IMG/VR virus record: IMGVR_UViG_3300031949_000097
Coordinates: 1-39,203 of that record
Source of the DNA: a virus
Taxonomy: Duplodnaviria; Caudoviricetes
Strand: one strand, 5' to 3'
DNA length: 39,203 nt
Of this stretch, positions 1 to 8,634 are shown in pieces. Within the stretch, counting starts at the first letter, position 1. Every line of letters begins with the position of its first letter. A program made the position numbers and the translations under genes. The notes beneath the pieces are model-generated. The model worked only from the letters and a program-made list of their open reading frames with translations. It had not been told where the DNA came from and ran no database searches.

Positions 1-45
1 GTCCCTGGGCATCGCGCCAGAGATTCGATCCCCCTATCCCCCCTG
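1..45 (-). other. Left genome end, putative cos-proximal sequence
   Basis: Minus strand reads GGGGGATAGGGGGATCGAATCTCTGGCGCGATGCCCAGGGAC directly after the HNH gene, resembling the G-run/AATCTCTG...GAC sequences found between HNH and P27-type terS in cos phages (recognition from memory). Confidence 0.55.
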
Positions 46-399
46 GAGCGCCCTACGACGCGCACGGTCCTGCCTCTGCTTCCATGAGTTGTGACACGCT
101 TCGCACAGCGCCTGCCAGTTGCTCTCGTCATCGGCGCCGCCCTGGCTCAGCGGGATCTTGTGGTCGAGCACCGTCGACTCCACCCCGCAACCGGGCCTCA
201 TGCACGTCAGATGGTCGGCCAGGAACGCCGCACGCCGGCGCCGGTGTCCAGCATCGTAGCCCCGGCGGGCGGCGGAGGGACGCGCCTCGTCCTGGCGCTT
301 CCGGGCCTCGCCACGGTGCTCCTCGCAGTGGCCCGACGGACCGCGGATGAGGACGCCGCAGCCCTGGTGCCGGCAGGGATGGGAGCTGAGCCATGGCAT
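34..399 (-). CDS. cos-associated HNH endonuclease (HK97 gp74-like terminase cofactor)
   Basis: C-x4-C...C-x2-H N-terminus, RRGYD, C-x4-C, LDHKIPLSQGGADDESNWQALCEACHN motif; lies immediately upstream of terS on the circular map. Confidence 0.9.
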   Translation of the reverse strand: MPWLSSHPCRHQGCGVLIRGPSGHCEEHRGEARKRQDEARPSAARRGYDAGHRRRRAAFLADHLTCMRPGCGVESTVLDHKIPLSQGGADDESNWQALCEACHNSWKQRQDRARRRALQGG

Positions 400-809
400 C
401 AGTTGTATCTCCCGACCGTGATCTCGGTCCTTGGCTCGCGGCTCCGATCGTGCCGTTCCACGCTCATGCTCACGATCTGCCGGTCGTTACGCCAGAGCAT
501 CCCCGGGCCCGCGGCTCGGCGCTTCATCCTGCGTGGGGAGAGCGCATCCATGATGAGCTTGGCCAGGTTGTCGATGTCAGCGCCCCACAGCCGAGCGGAG
601 TAGAAGGTCAGCCGCATCCAGTAACGGCCGCCTTCATCGTCGAGGTGCCGCCTCAGCATCTGGGCGGCGTGCCAGGCGATGAAGCTCTCCGCGTAGCGCG
701 TTGCCTTGGGCGTGTAGGTTCGGCCCCGACCCCAGCGAGGCCGTCCCTTCGAGCAGGGCTCGCCATGCAGCACCAGGTGGAGCAGCACGGGTCCGGGCTC
801 AGCAGGCAT
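399..809 (-). CDS. rusA: RusA-like Holliday junction resolvase
   Basis: GEPCSKGRPR...TYTPKAT, DIDNLAKLIMDAL and WRNDRQIV motifs; ATG at 809 within ORF 399..1517. Confidence 0.88.
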   Translation of the reverse strand: MPAEPGPVLLHLVLHGEPCSKGRPRWGRGRTYTPKATRYAESFIAWHAAQMLRRHLDDEGGRYWMRLTFYSARLWGADIDNLAKLIMDALSPRRMKRRAAGPGMLWRNDRQIVSMSVERHDRSREPRTEITVGRYN

Positions 810-1062
810 CGGATTGGCTGGGTTGGGGGTGGAGCGTGTTCTTCCTCCCCCCGGAAAGATTCCCCTCCCGGGCCCGATCCTTGAGCTTCTGGACGTCGAG
901 GCAGGCCTGGCAGCATCGGCGTCCTGGCACGACGCGCTTGCTCGCGCAGCGACGGCAGAGGCTTTCGAGCGCGCGCCGGTCATACTCATCCTGGTGCCTC
1001 TTGCGTTCGCGCGTATGGAGCCGCCTGCAGCAGGCGCACCGCGCCTCACACGGTCGGGGCAT
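799..1062 (-). CDS. Small Cys-rich, probably zinc-binding hypothetical protein
   Basis: 87 aa with CxxxCxCC, CRRC and CQAC; packed between neighbouring genes. Confidence 0.6.
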   Translation of the reverse strand: MPRPCEARCACCRRLHTRERKRHQDEYDRRALESLCRRCASKRVVPGRRCCQACLDVQKLKDRAREGNLSGGRKNTLHPQPSQSDAC

Positions 1063-1261
1063 CGGCCTTGGGCTGCGGGTCCTCCCGGCTCCAGGCCAGG
1101 CGTAAGCCGCAAGTGGGGAAGTACATGATGACCAAGATGAAGGTGACGCTCGGTCGCTGAAGCCCCAGGTTCACCAGCGTCCGCCACTGGAAGCCGACCA
1201 TCCAGGTGGGCCGCTCTCGGAAGTGACGTGCCTGGAGGAAGCGCCAGCGACCGAAGATCAT
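1046..1261 (-). CDS. Hypothetical protein
   Basis: 71 aa; ATGA overlap with the upstream ATPase stop. Confidence 0.55.
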   Translation of the reverse strand: MIFGRWRFLQARHFRERPTWMVGFQWRTLVNLGLQRPSVTFILVIMYFPTCGLRLAWSREDPQPKADAPTV

Positions 1262-2961
1262 GCGGAATCGAACAGCATGTCGCTGGCGCGCAGCTCGCCC
1301 CGACCTTCGATGAGCTCCAGGACGCGCAGCTTCGAGAGGGCGTTGTTGAAACCCCCGCCGTCCGGAGCATAACCGGCGACCGAGGCGAGCTCTTCCCTCG
1401 TGACCGATTCCGGATGCCTGGCGCAGAGAACGCGCAGGATCTCCCGCTCGGCCTTCGGCAGCTGCGCCTGCCAGTGACCGGCCAGGGCCGCGCCGGTCGG
1501 GAGCGGCTCGAAGTCACCCAGAGCCTCGACGCCTATCTGCGTCGCCTCGATGAGGCCCAGGCCGACATTGCGGATGAATCCCGCCACGCGGAGCGCCGAG
1601 ACTGCATTGGTGAAGCCGCCGCCCTTCCAGGCGTAGCCCGTGACAACGGCGACGTTCCGGACGCTCTTGGGGTGGCCGAACTGCGCCAGCGCGGCCAGGA
1701 TCCGGCGCTCGGCGCGGGGGAGATGGCCATTCGATTCCCGGACGCCCGCTGCATGCAGAAAGTCGCGCTCAAATGGAGTGGTGCCTGTCCTCGCGGCCGG
1801 CGCCGGAGCGCGGAACGGTATGGGCGCCCGCGGCGGGGGCGGGGCCGGCTGATTCGTGGCCGCGGCGATCGTCCGCTGCGGCTCCTTGATGGCCGACTGC
1901 ACGGGCTCGCTCGCGTTGAGGACCCGCAGCTGCAGGCTAGCGTGCTCGAGCACGGCCTTCTCGAGGCGCCGCACCAGCTTCTCCTCGAGGACCTGGACCT
2001 CGATGCGCTTGTCGACCGGTTTCTCCACGGTCGCTGTCGGCCGGGCGGCGAGCTGGCCCTTGAGGCTCCGGATCTCCGTGCGCAGGTCGGCCTCCGTCTT
2101 GGCCTTGCGCTCCTGTTCGGCCGGCAGATCCGACAGCTTCGGCAGGAGCGCCTTGATTCGGTCAGTGGGGGGCGGCGGCGCCGCGGCGAGCTGCGTCCCG
2201 ACCTTCGGATGCGTGGTCCGGACGGGCCCGACATGGATGCGCCGCACCTCGTTCGTCAGGGCCGGGCCGAACGCGAAGAAGTCGCCATCCCCCAGGGTCT
2301 TGAGTTCCTGCCATCGTTCCTTCCCGAACCCCAGCTCGTCCAGCGCGCGCTTCACATCCACGTCGAGGTTCGTGCGGCCGATGAGCTTGTTGGTGCACTC
2401 GGCCGCGGCGTCCTTTGACAGCTTCGCCAGGCGCTGGGTCGCCAGGACCGCCGCAAATCCGCGCTTGCGCCCGCGGGTGCAGAGGTCCTTGACAGCCGGG
2501 GCGCTCTCGGCGTCGCCCATGCCCTTCTCGGGGCAGAAGACGTGCGCCTCGTCCACGACGATGATCGTCGGGTGCCAGAGCTTGCGCGGTGCGTCGATCA
2601 CCGCCTCGAGGAACGCTTTCACGAATACCTTGCGCTGGTCCAGCGGGAGGTCGTAGAGATCGAGAATCGCCGACGCCCCGATCTCGAGGAGACGCTCGGC
2701 CAGGAGCCCCGCGATTCGCGGCTCGGCCGAAGTGTCCCCGCCTTGCCGCGCCGCGAGGACATAATCGAACTTCTCGCGGAGGGTGAAGAACTCCCCCTCG
2801 GGGTCGATGACCAGGTGCTGCACGGCGCCGTGCGTCTCCTCCAGGAGGCGCCGCAGGGCCCATGATTTCCCTGCACCGCTCGACGCCTGGATGAGCATCC
2901 GGGTGACGATCAGCCGGCCGACATCGCCGGCGAAGCCGTCCGCCAGGTGGAACTTCTTCAT
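1258..2961 (-). CDS. HerA/FtsK-superfamily P-loop ATPase with coiled coil and two C-terminal winged-helix repeats
   Basis: Walker A ASSGAGKS, IDPEGE, Walker B IIVVDEAH, RGRKRG and ATQR motifs; duplicated LPxAERxIL...GY...GGGFxNAxSxLR domains; GGAGG SD and ATGA overlap. Confidence 0.88.
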   Translation of the reverse strand: MKKFHLADGFAGDVGRLIVTRMLIQASSGAGKSWALRRLLEETHGAVQHLVIDPEGEFFTLREKFDYVLAARQGGDTSAEPRIAGLLAERLLEIGASAILDLYDLPLDQRKVFVKAFLEAVIDAPRKLWHPTIIVVDEAHVFCPEKGMGDAESAPAVKDLCTRGRKRGFAAVLATQRLAKLSKDAAAECTNKLIGRTNLDVDVKRALDELGFGKERWQELKTLGDGDFFAFGPALTNEVRRIHVGPVRTTHPKVGTQLAAAPPPPTDRIKALLPKLSDLPAEQERKAKTEADLRTEIRSLKGQLAARPTATVEKPVDKRIEVQVLEEKLVRRLEKAVLEHASLQLRVLNASEPVQSAIKEPQRTIAAATNQPAPPPPRAPIPFRAPAPAARTGTTPFERDFLHAAGVRESNGHLPRAERRILAALAQFGHPKSVRNVAVVTGYAWKGGGFTNAVSALRVAGFIRNVGLGLIEATQIGVEALGDFEPLPTGAALAGHWQAQLPKAEREILRVLCARHPESVTREELASVAGYAPDGGGFNNALSKLRVLELIEGRGELRASDMLFDSA

Positions 2962-3266
2962 CGTCCTCCCTTGCTGTGGGTCGTCGACGTGGCTCTTGAT
3001 GCGATCCTCCCCCGTGGCGCCTGAGCGGGGGTCGCCCCGGGCTCCGGCAACTGGCGGTCCGCCGGGATGAACCCCGAGCCCGCCACATGGCCCGTCACGC
3101 GCAGGAAGTCAACCTCGACCTTGGCCGAGTCGATGATCTTCTTCGCCACGTCGGCGATCGCCCGGGCACGTTCGATCTCCAGCGGCTTCTCCGGATCCTT
3201 GAGCTGCTCCAGCGTCTCGAACAGGTGATTGCGGAGGTCCTCGATCTTGTTCTTCGTGCCGCTCAT
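2958..3266 (-). CDS. Conserved phage hypothetical protein (KNKIEDLRNHLFETLE family)
   Basis: ATG at 3266 after GGAAGG; motif DLRNHLFxxLE...IERAxAIxxVAxxII typically found next to phage HNH_3 genes. Confidence 0.8.
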   Translation of the reverse strand: MSGTKNKIEDLRNHLFETLEQLKDPEKPLEIERARAIADVAKKIIDSAKVEVDFLRVTGHVAGSGFIPADRQLPEPGATPAQAPRGRIASRATSTTHSKGGR

Positions 3267-3907
3267 GACGCCTTCCTCCGTATCTGACGCATCAAGGCGC
3301 CGCGCAGCTGGATGCACTCGGCCAAGGCCTTGGGCAGGCGATGGACCGAGTTCCGTCGCATCAGCTCGCGGCGCGTGATGAGCTGGAGGTTGCCGAGGCG
3401 GATATCGGTCCTGTCGCCGTTTCTGAAGACGACCGCATGGCCCAGAGGGACGCGCCCGTGCCGCTTCTCCCAGACCAGGACGTGCACGAACCGCCAGTTG
3501 AAGCGGCTGGTGAGGGTTCGGTCGTCGCTGACCTTTCTCTTGCGGTAGCCGTCCGGATCGACGACTTCGGTCCCCACGGGGACCCAGGTGTCCGGCTTGT
3601 TGCCCTTCTTGAACTGCGTCTCGGCCATGCGACCCCGCGTCCAGCCCGGGCGGCGCAGTCCCTGGTTGGCCGGGACGTGGCCCTTCTGGAATCGGGATCG
3701 CGCGCCGACGTTGTCGCCACGCCGCAGCCGACAGGCCGCAGGGCTGGCCATGTAGGTCGCGGTCTTGCGGAGCCCGAGCCGGGCGGCCATCTGGTAAACG
3801 GTCCATGGCTTGCGGCCCAGACGGTGCGCCAGAACAGCCGTCGAGACGCGGGGATACTGGTCGTGCACGATGTCCAGTTCCGGCCCGGACCAGCGCCTAC
3901 GGTTCAC
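3263..3907 (-). CDS. HNH endonuclease (HNH_3 type) with N-terminal HTH and FxKG repeats
   Basis: RFQKGHVPAN and QFKKGNKP repeats; HVLVWEKRHG...VVFRNGDRTDIRLGNLQL; GTG start overlaps the upstream stop. Confidence 0.85.
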   Translation of the reverse strand: MNRRRWSGPELDIVHDQYPRVSTAVLAHRLGRKPWTVYQMAARLGLRKTATYMASPAACRLRRGDNVGARSRFQKGHVPANQGLRRPGWTRGRMAETQFKKGNKPDTWVPVGTEVVDPDGYRKRKVSDDRTLTSRFNWRFVHVLVWEKRHGRVPLGHAVVFRNGDRTDIRLGNLQLITRRELMRRNSVHRLPKALAECIQLRGALMRQIRRKAS

Positions 3908-4731
3908 TTCTTGGCTGCCTTCTTCACCTTGGCCCCGGGCTTTGCAGGCGTCTGCACCGGCGCCGCCTGGTCGAGGATCTTCTGGACGTCCACGCCGAAG
4001 GCCCGGGCCTGTTTGACTAAGGCCTCGCCTTCGAACCCGATGTCGTCGACCGCCACGCGCACAAGGGCGAGGAAGGCGGCGTGCCGGACCAGGTCCTCGG
4101 TGGTCTTGCCGCGCGGGACCAGGACCTCCGGTGTCAGCCCGACCTCCCTCTGGAAGGTGGCCATCATCCAGCGATCCTCGCCGACGCCTCGGATGAGGGT
4201 CTGCGCCAGGAGGCCGCCGGCCCGGGTGGGCGCCTTCTTCACCGCCTCGGCGAGCGCGGACCATATCGCCGGCGCCGCCTTCTTCCAGCGCGCGTCCTCG
4301 GCCGCGCGCCGGGCCTCCTCCTCCTGCTGCTTCTTCCGCTCCAGCTCTTGGGCCGTGCGCGGCTCCTCGCCCTTCGCCACCGCTTTCGCGACGGCCCGTT
4401 GGCGCTGCTTCTTGGCGCGCGCCCGATCGGCCCAGTGCGCCAGGCACTTGTCCTTGTTGATGCAGGCCATGAACGCCTCGCCTTGGCCGGGGCCGCTGGC
4501 GACGTACGCCACGCGGCACCAGTCGCAAGTCTTCGATCGCTCGTGCCCGTCGGCGCGCTTCCAGGCCTTCGACCCGTACACACGCTCGGTGCCGGCGTGG
4601 CGGACCGCATCGCCGGCCTGGTAGTCGCGGGTGACGAGGATCGGCTTCAGCTTCTCGCCGGCGTGCGCCTCGAGGACGGCGGCCGTCTCGGGGAACAGGA
4701 AGCTGTCGACGTGCCCGGGCTCGCTGCGCAC
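3904..4731 (-). pseudogene. Probable C-terminal half of the interrupted ParB-like gene
   Basis: 275-codon ORF without a visible SD; KTCDWC...CINKDKC and a charged helical region resemble C-termini of long phage ParB-like proteins; joins in frame to 6952..6221 if 4729..6220 is removed. Confidence 0.55.
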
Positions 4732-4922
4732 ACAGCGGCGGCGAGCATCCGCTCGACGTCCTTCTCGGTGATGCCATCCTTGGCGATGAGGGCGTCCATC
4801 GTCGTGCGGCGGACGACCTCCTGCAGCTCGGTCTCTTCCCGCTCGACTGAGCTGGGGAGCGGCGCGAGCTCGGGCTGGTCCGCTGTCGCGGTTGTCGTCT
4901 TTGGTCTCTGTTCGGGTGCCAT
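4647..4922 (-). pseudogene. Hypothetical protein, apparently truncated at the insertion junction (~4732)
   Basis: Strong AAGGAGG SD before ATG 4922; sequence turns low-complexity after ...MLAAAV where it enters the ParB C-terminal ORF out of frame; a second in-frame ATG lies at 5054. Confidence 0.5.
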
Positions 4923-5050
4923 CGTCTCCTCCTTGAAAGGTGCGTTGTTGCCGATCAGGCGCGCCGGAAGCGGAATGATCCGCTCCGTTCTGGGGCTGAA
5001 CAGCGGCCCGGGCAACGGCTGGATCGGCGAGTACCCCGAGCGCTGCCGGC

Positions 5051-5239
5051 TCATACGGAGCCCCTCGTCGTGCGGTCGCCGCGCATTCGGTTTCTCGTCG
5101 TCAGCACCGGGTCGCACACGTGAAGCTGCCGGTCGAGGGCGGTCTTCAGCGTGCAGCCGCAGCCGGGGCACTTCTCGGCGTCGGCAAACATCGGTCGCGG
5201 CCGGCTCTTCGGTTCGGGGACGCTGTGGTGGTAGCTCAT
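5051..5239 (-). CDS. Small hypothetical protein with CPGC...HxC
   Basis: 62 aa; GGAGG SD; ATGA overlaps on both sides. Confidence 0.6.
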   Translation of the reverse strand: MSYHHSVPEPKSRPRPMFADAEKCPGCGCTLKTALDRQLHVCDPVLTTRNRMRGDRTTRGSV

Positions 5240-5451
5240 GCAGCCCTCCACGGCAGATCGGCGACCTCGCGCCAGTCGGCGAGCAGCGCGAGCGAGCCCA
5301 TGCTGAATCGGAGCCAGACGGTGATCGCGCCGTCGTTCAGGTGCGCGGCGAGGTACGGATAGCGGCGCCCTTCGTTCGCGCCCAACAGGATGCGACGACA
5401 GCCGTCTCCCTCGGGCCTGGTGTTGGTCAGGGCCTGCTCAAGCTGCGTCAT
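5236..5451 (-). CDS. Hypothetical protein, paralog of 10122..10340
   Basis: MTQLEQALTNTRPEGDGCRR...LADWREVA versus [20 protein letters not shown]...LQSWRHVA; GGAGG SD. Confidence 0.75.
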   Translation of the reverse strand: MTQLEQALTNTRPEGDGCRRILLGANEGRRYPYLAAHLNDGAITVWLRFSMGSLALLADWREVADLPWRAA

Positions 5452-5708
5452 CTCGACCTCCATGCCCTCGGCGCCGGCTGCCGGGGATCGAGGATCGGCG
5501 CCGGCGTCAGCAGGGCGCACGTGAGGGACCAAAGCGCCAGCGCGACGATCAGCGTGACAGCGGTGAAGCGCAGGACCGCGCGTCCGTGTGTCCAGCACCA
5601 CGCCTCGACCGCCTCCCGCCGGCTCGGGCGCCAGTGGCCTCGCGTCTGCCGGATGGGTCGCACCCGGCGCGAGGGGCGCGGAAGATCAGGAACGGCGTGC
5701 AAGCTCAT
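5448..5708 (-). CDS. Small membrane protein
   Basis: Hydrophobic stretch FTAVTLIVALALWSLTCALL; ATGA overlaps. Confidence 0.65.
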   Translation of the reverse strand: MSLHAVPDLPRPSRRVRPIRQTRGHWRPSRREAVEAWCWTHGRAVLRFTAVTLIVALALWSLTCALLTPAPILDPRQPAPRAWRSR

Positions 5709-5926
5709 GGACGGTAGACTCCATCGCCCTCATTGAGAGCCTGCGAGATTGAGTCGGGGAGTGGGCAGCGGTGCGTCTTGAGTTCCTCGGCCAGCTTCTT
5801 CGCCCACTTCCCCGCGAGGGAGCGGCAGACCATGACGGCCGTGCACCGATCGACGCCGAGGTTCTGGAGCGCCAGCATCGCGCGGTTCCTGTGCTCGTCG
5901 TTCCGTGCTGCGACTGAGTAGGGCAT
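5705..5926 (-). CDS. Hypothetical phage protein ending SISQALNEGDGVYRP
   Basis: 73 aa; TGATG overlap; C-terminal ALNxGDGxYRP motif is recurrent in small phage proteins. Confidence 0.7.
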   Translation of the reverse strand: MPYSVAARNDEHRNRAMLALQNLGVDRCTAVMVCRSLAGKWAKKLAEELKTHRCPLPDSISQALNEGDGVYRP

Positions 5927-6171
5927 CAGCTCTTGACCTCCGCTTCCTGCGCCACTTCCTGCCGGACCGCCTCACCCCGCCGGCAGGCATCGCACAACGG
6001 CATCCCATCGAGCAGGTACTCGATGGCCCGCAGTTGGCCGATGAGCAGCGGGCGGGAGGCGACACGACCAGGACCAAAAGCTTCTGTGAAGCGGATGATC
6101 ATGTCCGCGATGTCCGACATGAACCGAGCCCGAACCTTGTTGTCGTTCCAGCAACCGCCGGCATGTTTCAT
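5926..6171 (-). CDS. Hypothetical HxxxC...CxxC protein, paralog of 12071..12325
   Basis: MKHAGGCWNDNKVRA...DIADMII...SRPLLIGQLRAIEYLLDG..CDAC aligns by eye with MTHSGPCWHDHAVRA...EIADLII...SRSLLLGQLRTVEYLIEG..CGSC. Confidence 0.8.
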   Translation of the reverse strand: MKHAGGCWNDNKVRARFMSDIADMIIRFTEAFGPGRVASRPLLIGQLRAIEYLLDGMPLCDACRRGEAVRQEVAQEAEVKS

Positions 6172-6952
6172 GGCAGCGCCTCTTCCCCCTCGCCCCCAGA
6201 CGGAGCCTGTCCACAACGAACACCGCCGCCTGGATGTAGCTCGCGAACTCGCGCACGCTGACCGCCTTGACCTCCAGGTACGGGTCGGCTTTGAGCGCCT
6301 GGCAGGATTCCTCCTCGGTCTTGCCCTCAAAGGGCAGCTCGCCGTGCTGCTCCTGGAACAGCCCGCGGATCTGGTAGGCGTTCCCGTTGTTGTGGACCGC
6401 GATCGCCCGCTTCTGATCGGCCGGCTTCAGCCGGGCGAGCAGGATGGCGTGGCCCGCGTCGAACTTCCCCTCCAGGAACAGCCGCTGCGCCTGCGGGACC
6501 AACTGCAGCAGCTTCATCCGGTCGTAGACATACTTCTCGCTCCGGCCGATGCGCGCTGCCACCCTGGCCACGTCGTAGCCGGTGCCGGGCATCAGCAGCC
6601 GCCGGTAGCCGTCCGCCTCCTCGAGGGGATGGACGTCCTCCCGCTGGTCGTTCTCGATCACCAGGACCTCGAGGAGCTCCGTGTCGGTCATCTCGCGCAC
6701 GACGACCGGCACCGCCTCGAGGCCTAAGGCCTTGGCGGCCCGGTAGCGCCGGTGGCCGGCGGCGATCTCGTAGGCCTTGCCGTTCTTGCGGACCAGGAGC
6801 GGCGTCAGCACGCCCTTCTCGCGGATGGAGGCTTCGAGCTCCTTCAGCCCCTCGGGGTCGAACCGCTGGCGCGGGTTCTGCTTGGACTCGAAGAGATCGG
6901 CGATCGGCATGGCCGGCCGGTACTCGGTTGCGGGTGTGACGTGTTCGCTCAT
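5972..6952 (-). CDS. ParB/Spo0J-family protein (N-terminal ParB and HTH domains), apparently interrupted near 6221
   Basis: NPRQRFD...LKELEASIREKGVLTPLLVR...YEIAAGHRRYRAA...IENDQREDVHPLEEA plus HTH; the tail after residue 244 overlaps another gene out of frame. Confidence 0.88.
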   Translation of the reverse strand: MSEHVTPATEYRPAMPIADLFESKQNPRQRFDPEGLKELEASIREKGVLTPLLVRKNGKAYEIAAGHRRYRAAKALGLEAVPVVVREMTDTELLEVLVIENDQREDVHPLEEADGYRRLLMPGTGYDVARVAARIGRSEKYVYDRMKLLQLVPQAQRLFLEGKFDAGHAILLARLKPADQKRAIAVHNNGNAYQIRGLFQEQHGELPFEGKTEEESCQALKADPYLEVKAVSVREFASYIQAAVFVVDRLRLGARGKRRCHETCRRLLERQQGSGSVHVGHRGHDHPLHRSFWSWSCRLPPAAHRPTAGHRVPARWDAVVRCLPAG

Positions 6953-7518
6953 GACACCTCCAGTGGCCGGCGGTGGGCCGGCTTGATTTCGCGCTCGGCG
7001 ATCTCGTCGAAGGCTCGCCGGACGCGCGCGGCATAGGCGCCCAGTTCCACCAGGCGGGCAAGCAACTGGCGCGCGCCGGATTCCGAGAAGTTGGTCTTGC
7101 CCTCGCGGTTGGTCGGGTAGACGGTCGACAGCCAGCCGCCAGCTTCCATGCGGACGCCCCGATCGCACTCCAGGCAGGCACGCGCGGCGCTAGAACCGGC
7201 CCGCTCGACGATGCGGAATCCGGTCCCGCCGCACGGTTGACAGGGTGCCTTGGCCTCCTCCTCGGCGCTCGCCGTCAGGGCCCGGGCCGCCTCGAAGTCG
7301 CCGATCCGGGGGAGCCGCGGCTGGGCCAGCTCGACCGGCTTGGGGAAGCCGAAGCGGCTCTGCTCCGACAGGCAGTAATCGCGGGCGTTCTCCAGGACGT
7401 CCTCGTCGGACCGGTCCCGCAGGATGATCCAGTAGGCGTCGCGCTCGTTCTGCGCCAGCTTCGTGCGGAACGCCCCCTCGAGGAAATTCATGGCGACGAT
7501 AAAGCCCTGCTCGGTCAT
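6949..7518 (-). CDS. Replication-associated protein (helicase loader/inhibitor-like) with zinc ribbon
   Basis: Directly downstream of the initiator; AYW..L.D...FPKPVEL helical N-terminus; CQPCGGTGF...CLEC. Confidence 0.65.
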   Translation of the reverse strand: MTEQGFIVAMNFLEGAFRTKLAQNERDAYWIILRDRSDEDVLENARDYCLSEQSRFGFPKPVELAQPRLPRIGDFEAARALTASAEEEAKAPCQPCGGTGFRIVERAGSSAARACLECDRGVRMEAGGWLSTVYPTNREGKTNFSESGARQLLARLVELGAYAARVRRAFDEIAEREIKPAHRRPLEVS

Positions 7519-8423
7519 GGCTTGTGTCCCTCGAGGAGCTTGCGGTGCTCGGGTGGCCGCCAGGCGTCGGAGCGGATGCGATCCCCCAGGCCGGCGGTCC
7601 TGGGGCTCCTCCTCGGCTCGTCCTGCCAGCGGTCGCCGTTCAGCCAGGTCGCGGGGTCTGGCCAGCGCGGCACGAACTCCATGGCCGCCTGGAGCTCGAC
7701 GCGCTCGGCCTTCTGGCGCGCGACGGCCTCTAGGAGTTCCTCCCGGGTGGCTCCGCGCTTGCGGGCGCCCCGATAGGCCCGTTCGGCACGGCGCGGGGCC
7801 GTGTGCACGGGATAGGCCAGATACCACTCCCGGAACTCCCCGGCCGCTGCGAGGCCGTTGCCGTTCGCATGCCCCCCTGGGGGGGCTGTAGGGGGGATCT
7901 GATCCTGTTCCTGATCCTGTTCCTGCTCCTGATAGAACGAAGGTCCTTTTTGGTCCGATATCGATCGCTCGATCGGCGGTCGTGAGCACCCTTCGCCAAA
8001 GGCTTTGGCGAAGCCTTCCCCTAAGGCTTCGGCGAAGGCTTTCATGTAGGCATGGATCTCCAGCTTCATCGGGCACTCCGGGATCTCATCCCAGGTGGGG
8101 CGCCAGCTGCGGATGACGTTCGGGCTCTCCGGCTCGCTGTAGTAGATGGCCTTCGGCACCCAGACCAGGGGTCCGCTCCAGTCGGCCTTGACCATCCCGC
8201 GGCCGGCGATCTCGAGGTAGTGGCGCCGGAACGCCTTCAGGGGCCAGCGCAGGTCCTCGGCCAGGGCGGCCTCACCGGCGCGGAAGACCCCGGCGATGTT
8301 CGTGGTCAGCGGGCTCGTCAGCAGATAGATCCAGAGGCCCTGGCCGCACGGCGGGATCGGCGTAAGGGTCCGGAACTTCTGGTCACCCCATATACGAAGG
8401 TCGATCTTGCGGTAGCGGGCCAC
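7515..8423 (-). CDS. Phage replication initiator / replisome organiser
   Basis: MARYRKID..IWGDQKF...LWIYLLT N-terminus; internal AFAE and QEQDQ repeats; C-terminal FREWYLAYP...PATWLNGDRWQDE; GAGGAGG SD. Confidence 0.85.
   Translation of the reverse strand: MARYRKIDLRIWGDQKFRTLTPIPPCGQGLWIYLLTSPLTTNIAGVFRAGEAALAEDLRWPLKAFRRHYLEIAGRGMVKADWSGPLVWVPKAIYYSEPESPNVIRSWRPTWDEIPECPMKLEIHAYMKAFAEALGEGFAKAFGEGCSRPPIERSISDQKGPSFYQEQEQDQEQDQIPPTAPPGGHANGNGLAAAGEFREWYLAYPVHTAPRRAERAYRGARKRGATREELLEAVARQKAERVELQAAMEFVPRWPDPATWLNGDRWQDEPRRSPRTAGLGDRIRSDAWRPPEHRKLLEGHKP
7899..8046. repeat. Iteron-like repeats inside the initiator gene (putative origin)
   Basis: 6-bp CTG(A/T/C)TC tandem at 7899-7931; 12-bp period AAGGCTTTGGCG/AAGCCTTCCCCT/AAGGCTTCGGCG/AAGGCTTTCATG at 7999-8046; perfect 11-bp inverted repeat at 7991-8013. 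Confidence 0.6.
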
Positions 8424-8634
8424 GCGCCCTCCTCAGTTCGTGCGGGGTTCGGCTGGGTGCCGTACTTCGTGTCGAGCCTCCAGACCTGGGCCTGCACCTG
8501 TCCTCGCTCAGGACCTCGATGGCCTTGACGAGGGCGGCGCGGATGCCCGTCTCGTACTCAGCCTTTGAGCAGACCACGCTCCCGCCGCGGTCTGCGATCT
8601 TGACGGCCGCGATCGCCCGCGTGTCCTGCCTCAT
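8383..8634 (-). CDS. Hypothetical protein (3' end uncertain)
   Basis: ATG 8634 overlaps the upstream stop; C-terminal half is low-complexity and overlaps the initiator start. Confidence 0.4.
   Translation of the reverse strand: MRQDTRAIAAVKIADRGGSVVCSKAEYETGIRAALVKAIEVLSEDRCRPRSGGSTRSTAPSRTPHELRRARGPLPQDRPSYMG

Noticed and set aside
4727-6221. Group II or group I intron interrupting parB (GTGCG at 4731)
   Set aside because: GTGCG is at the downstream exon side, not the 5' end of the insert; the insert is packed with small phage genes and shows no domain V, RT or homing endonuclease.
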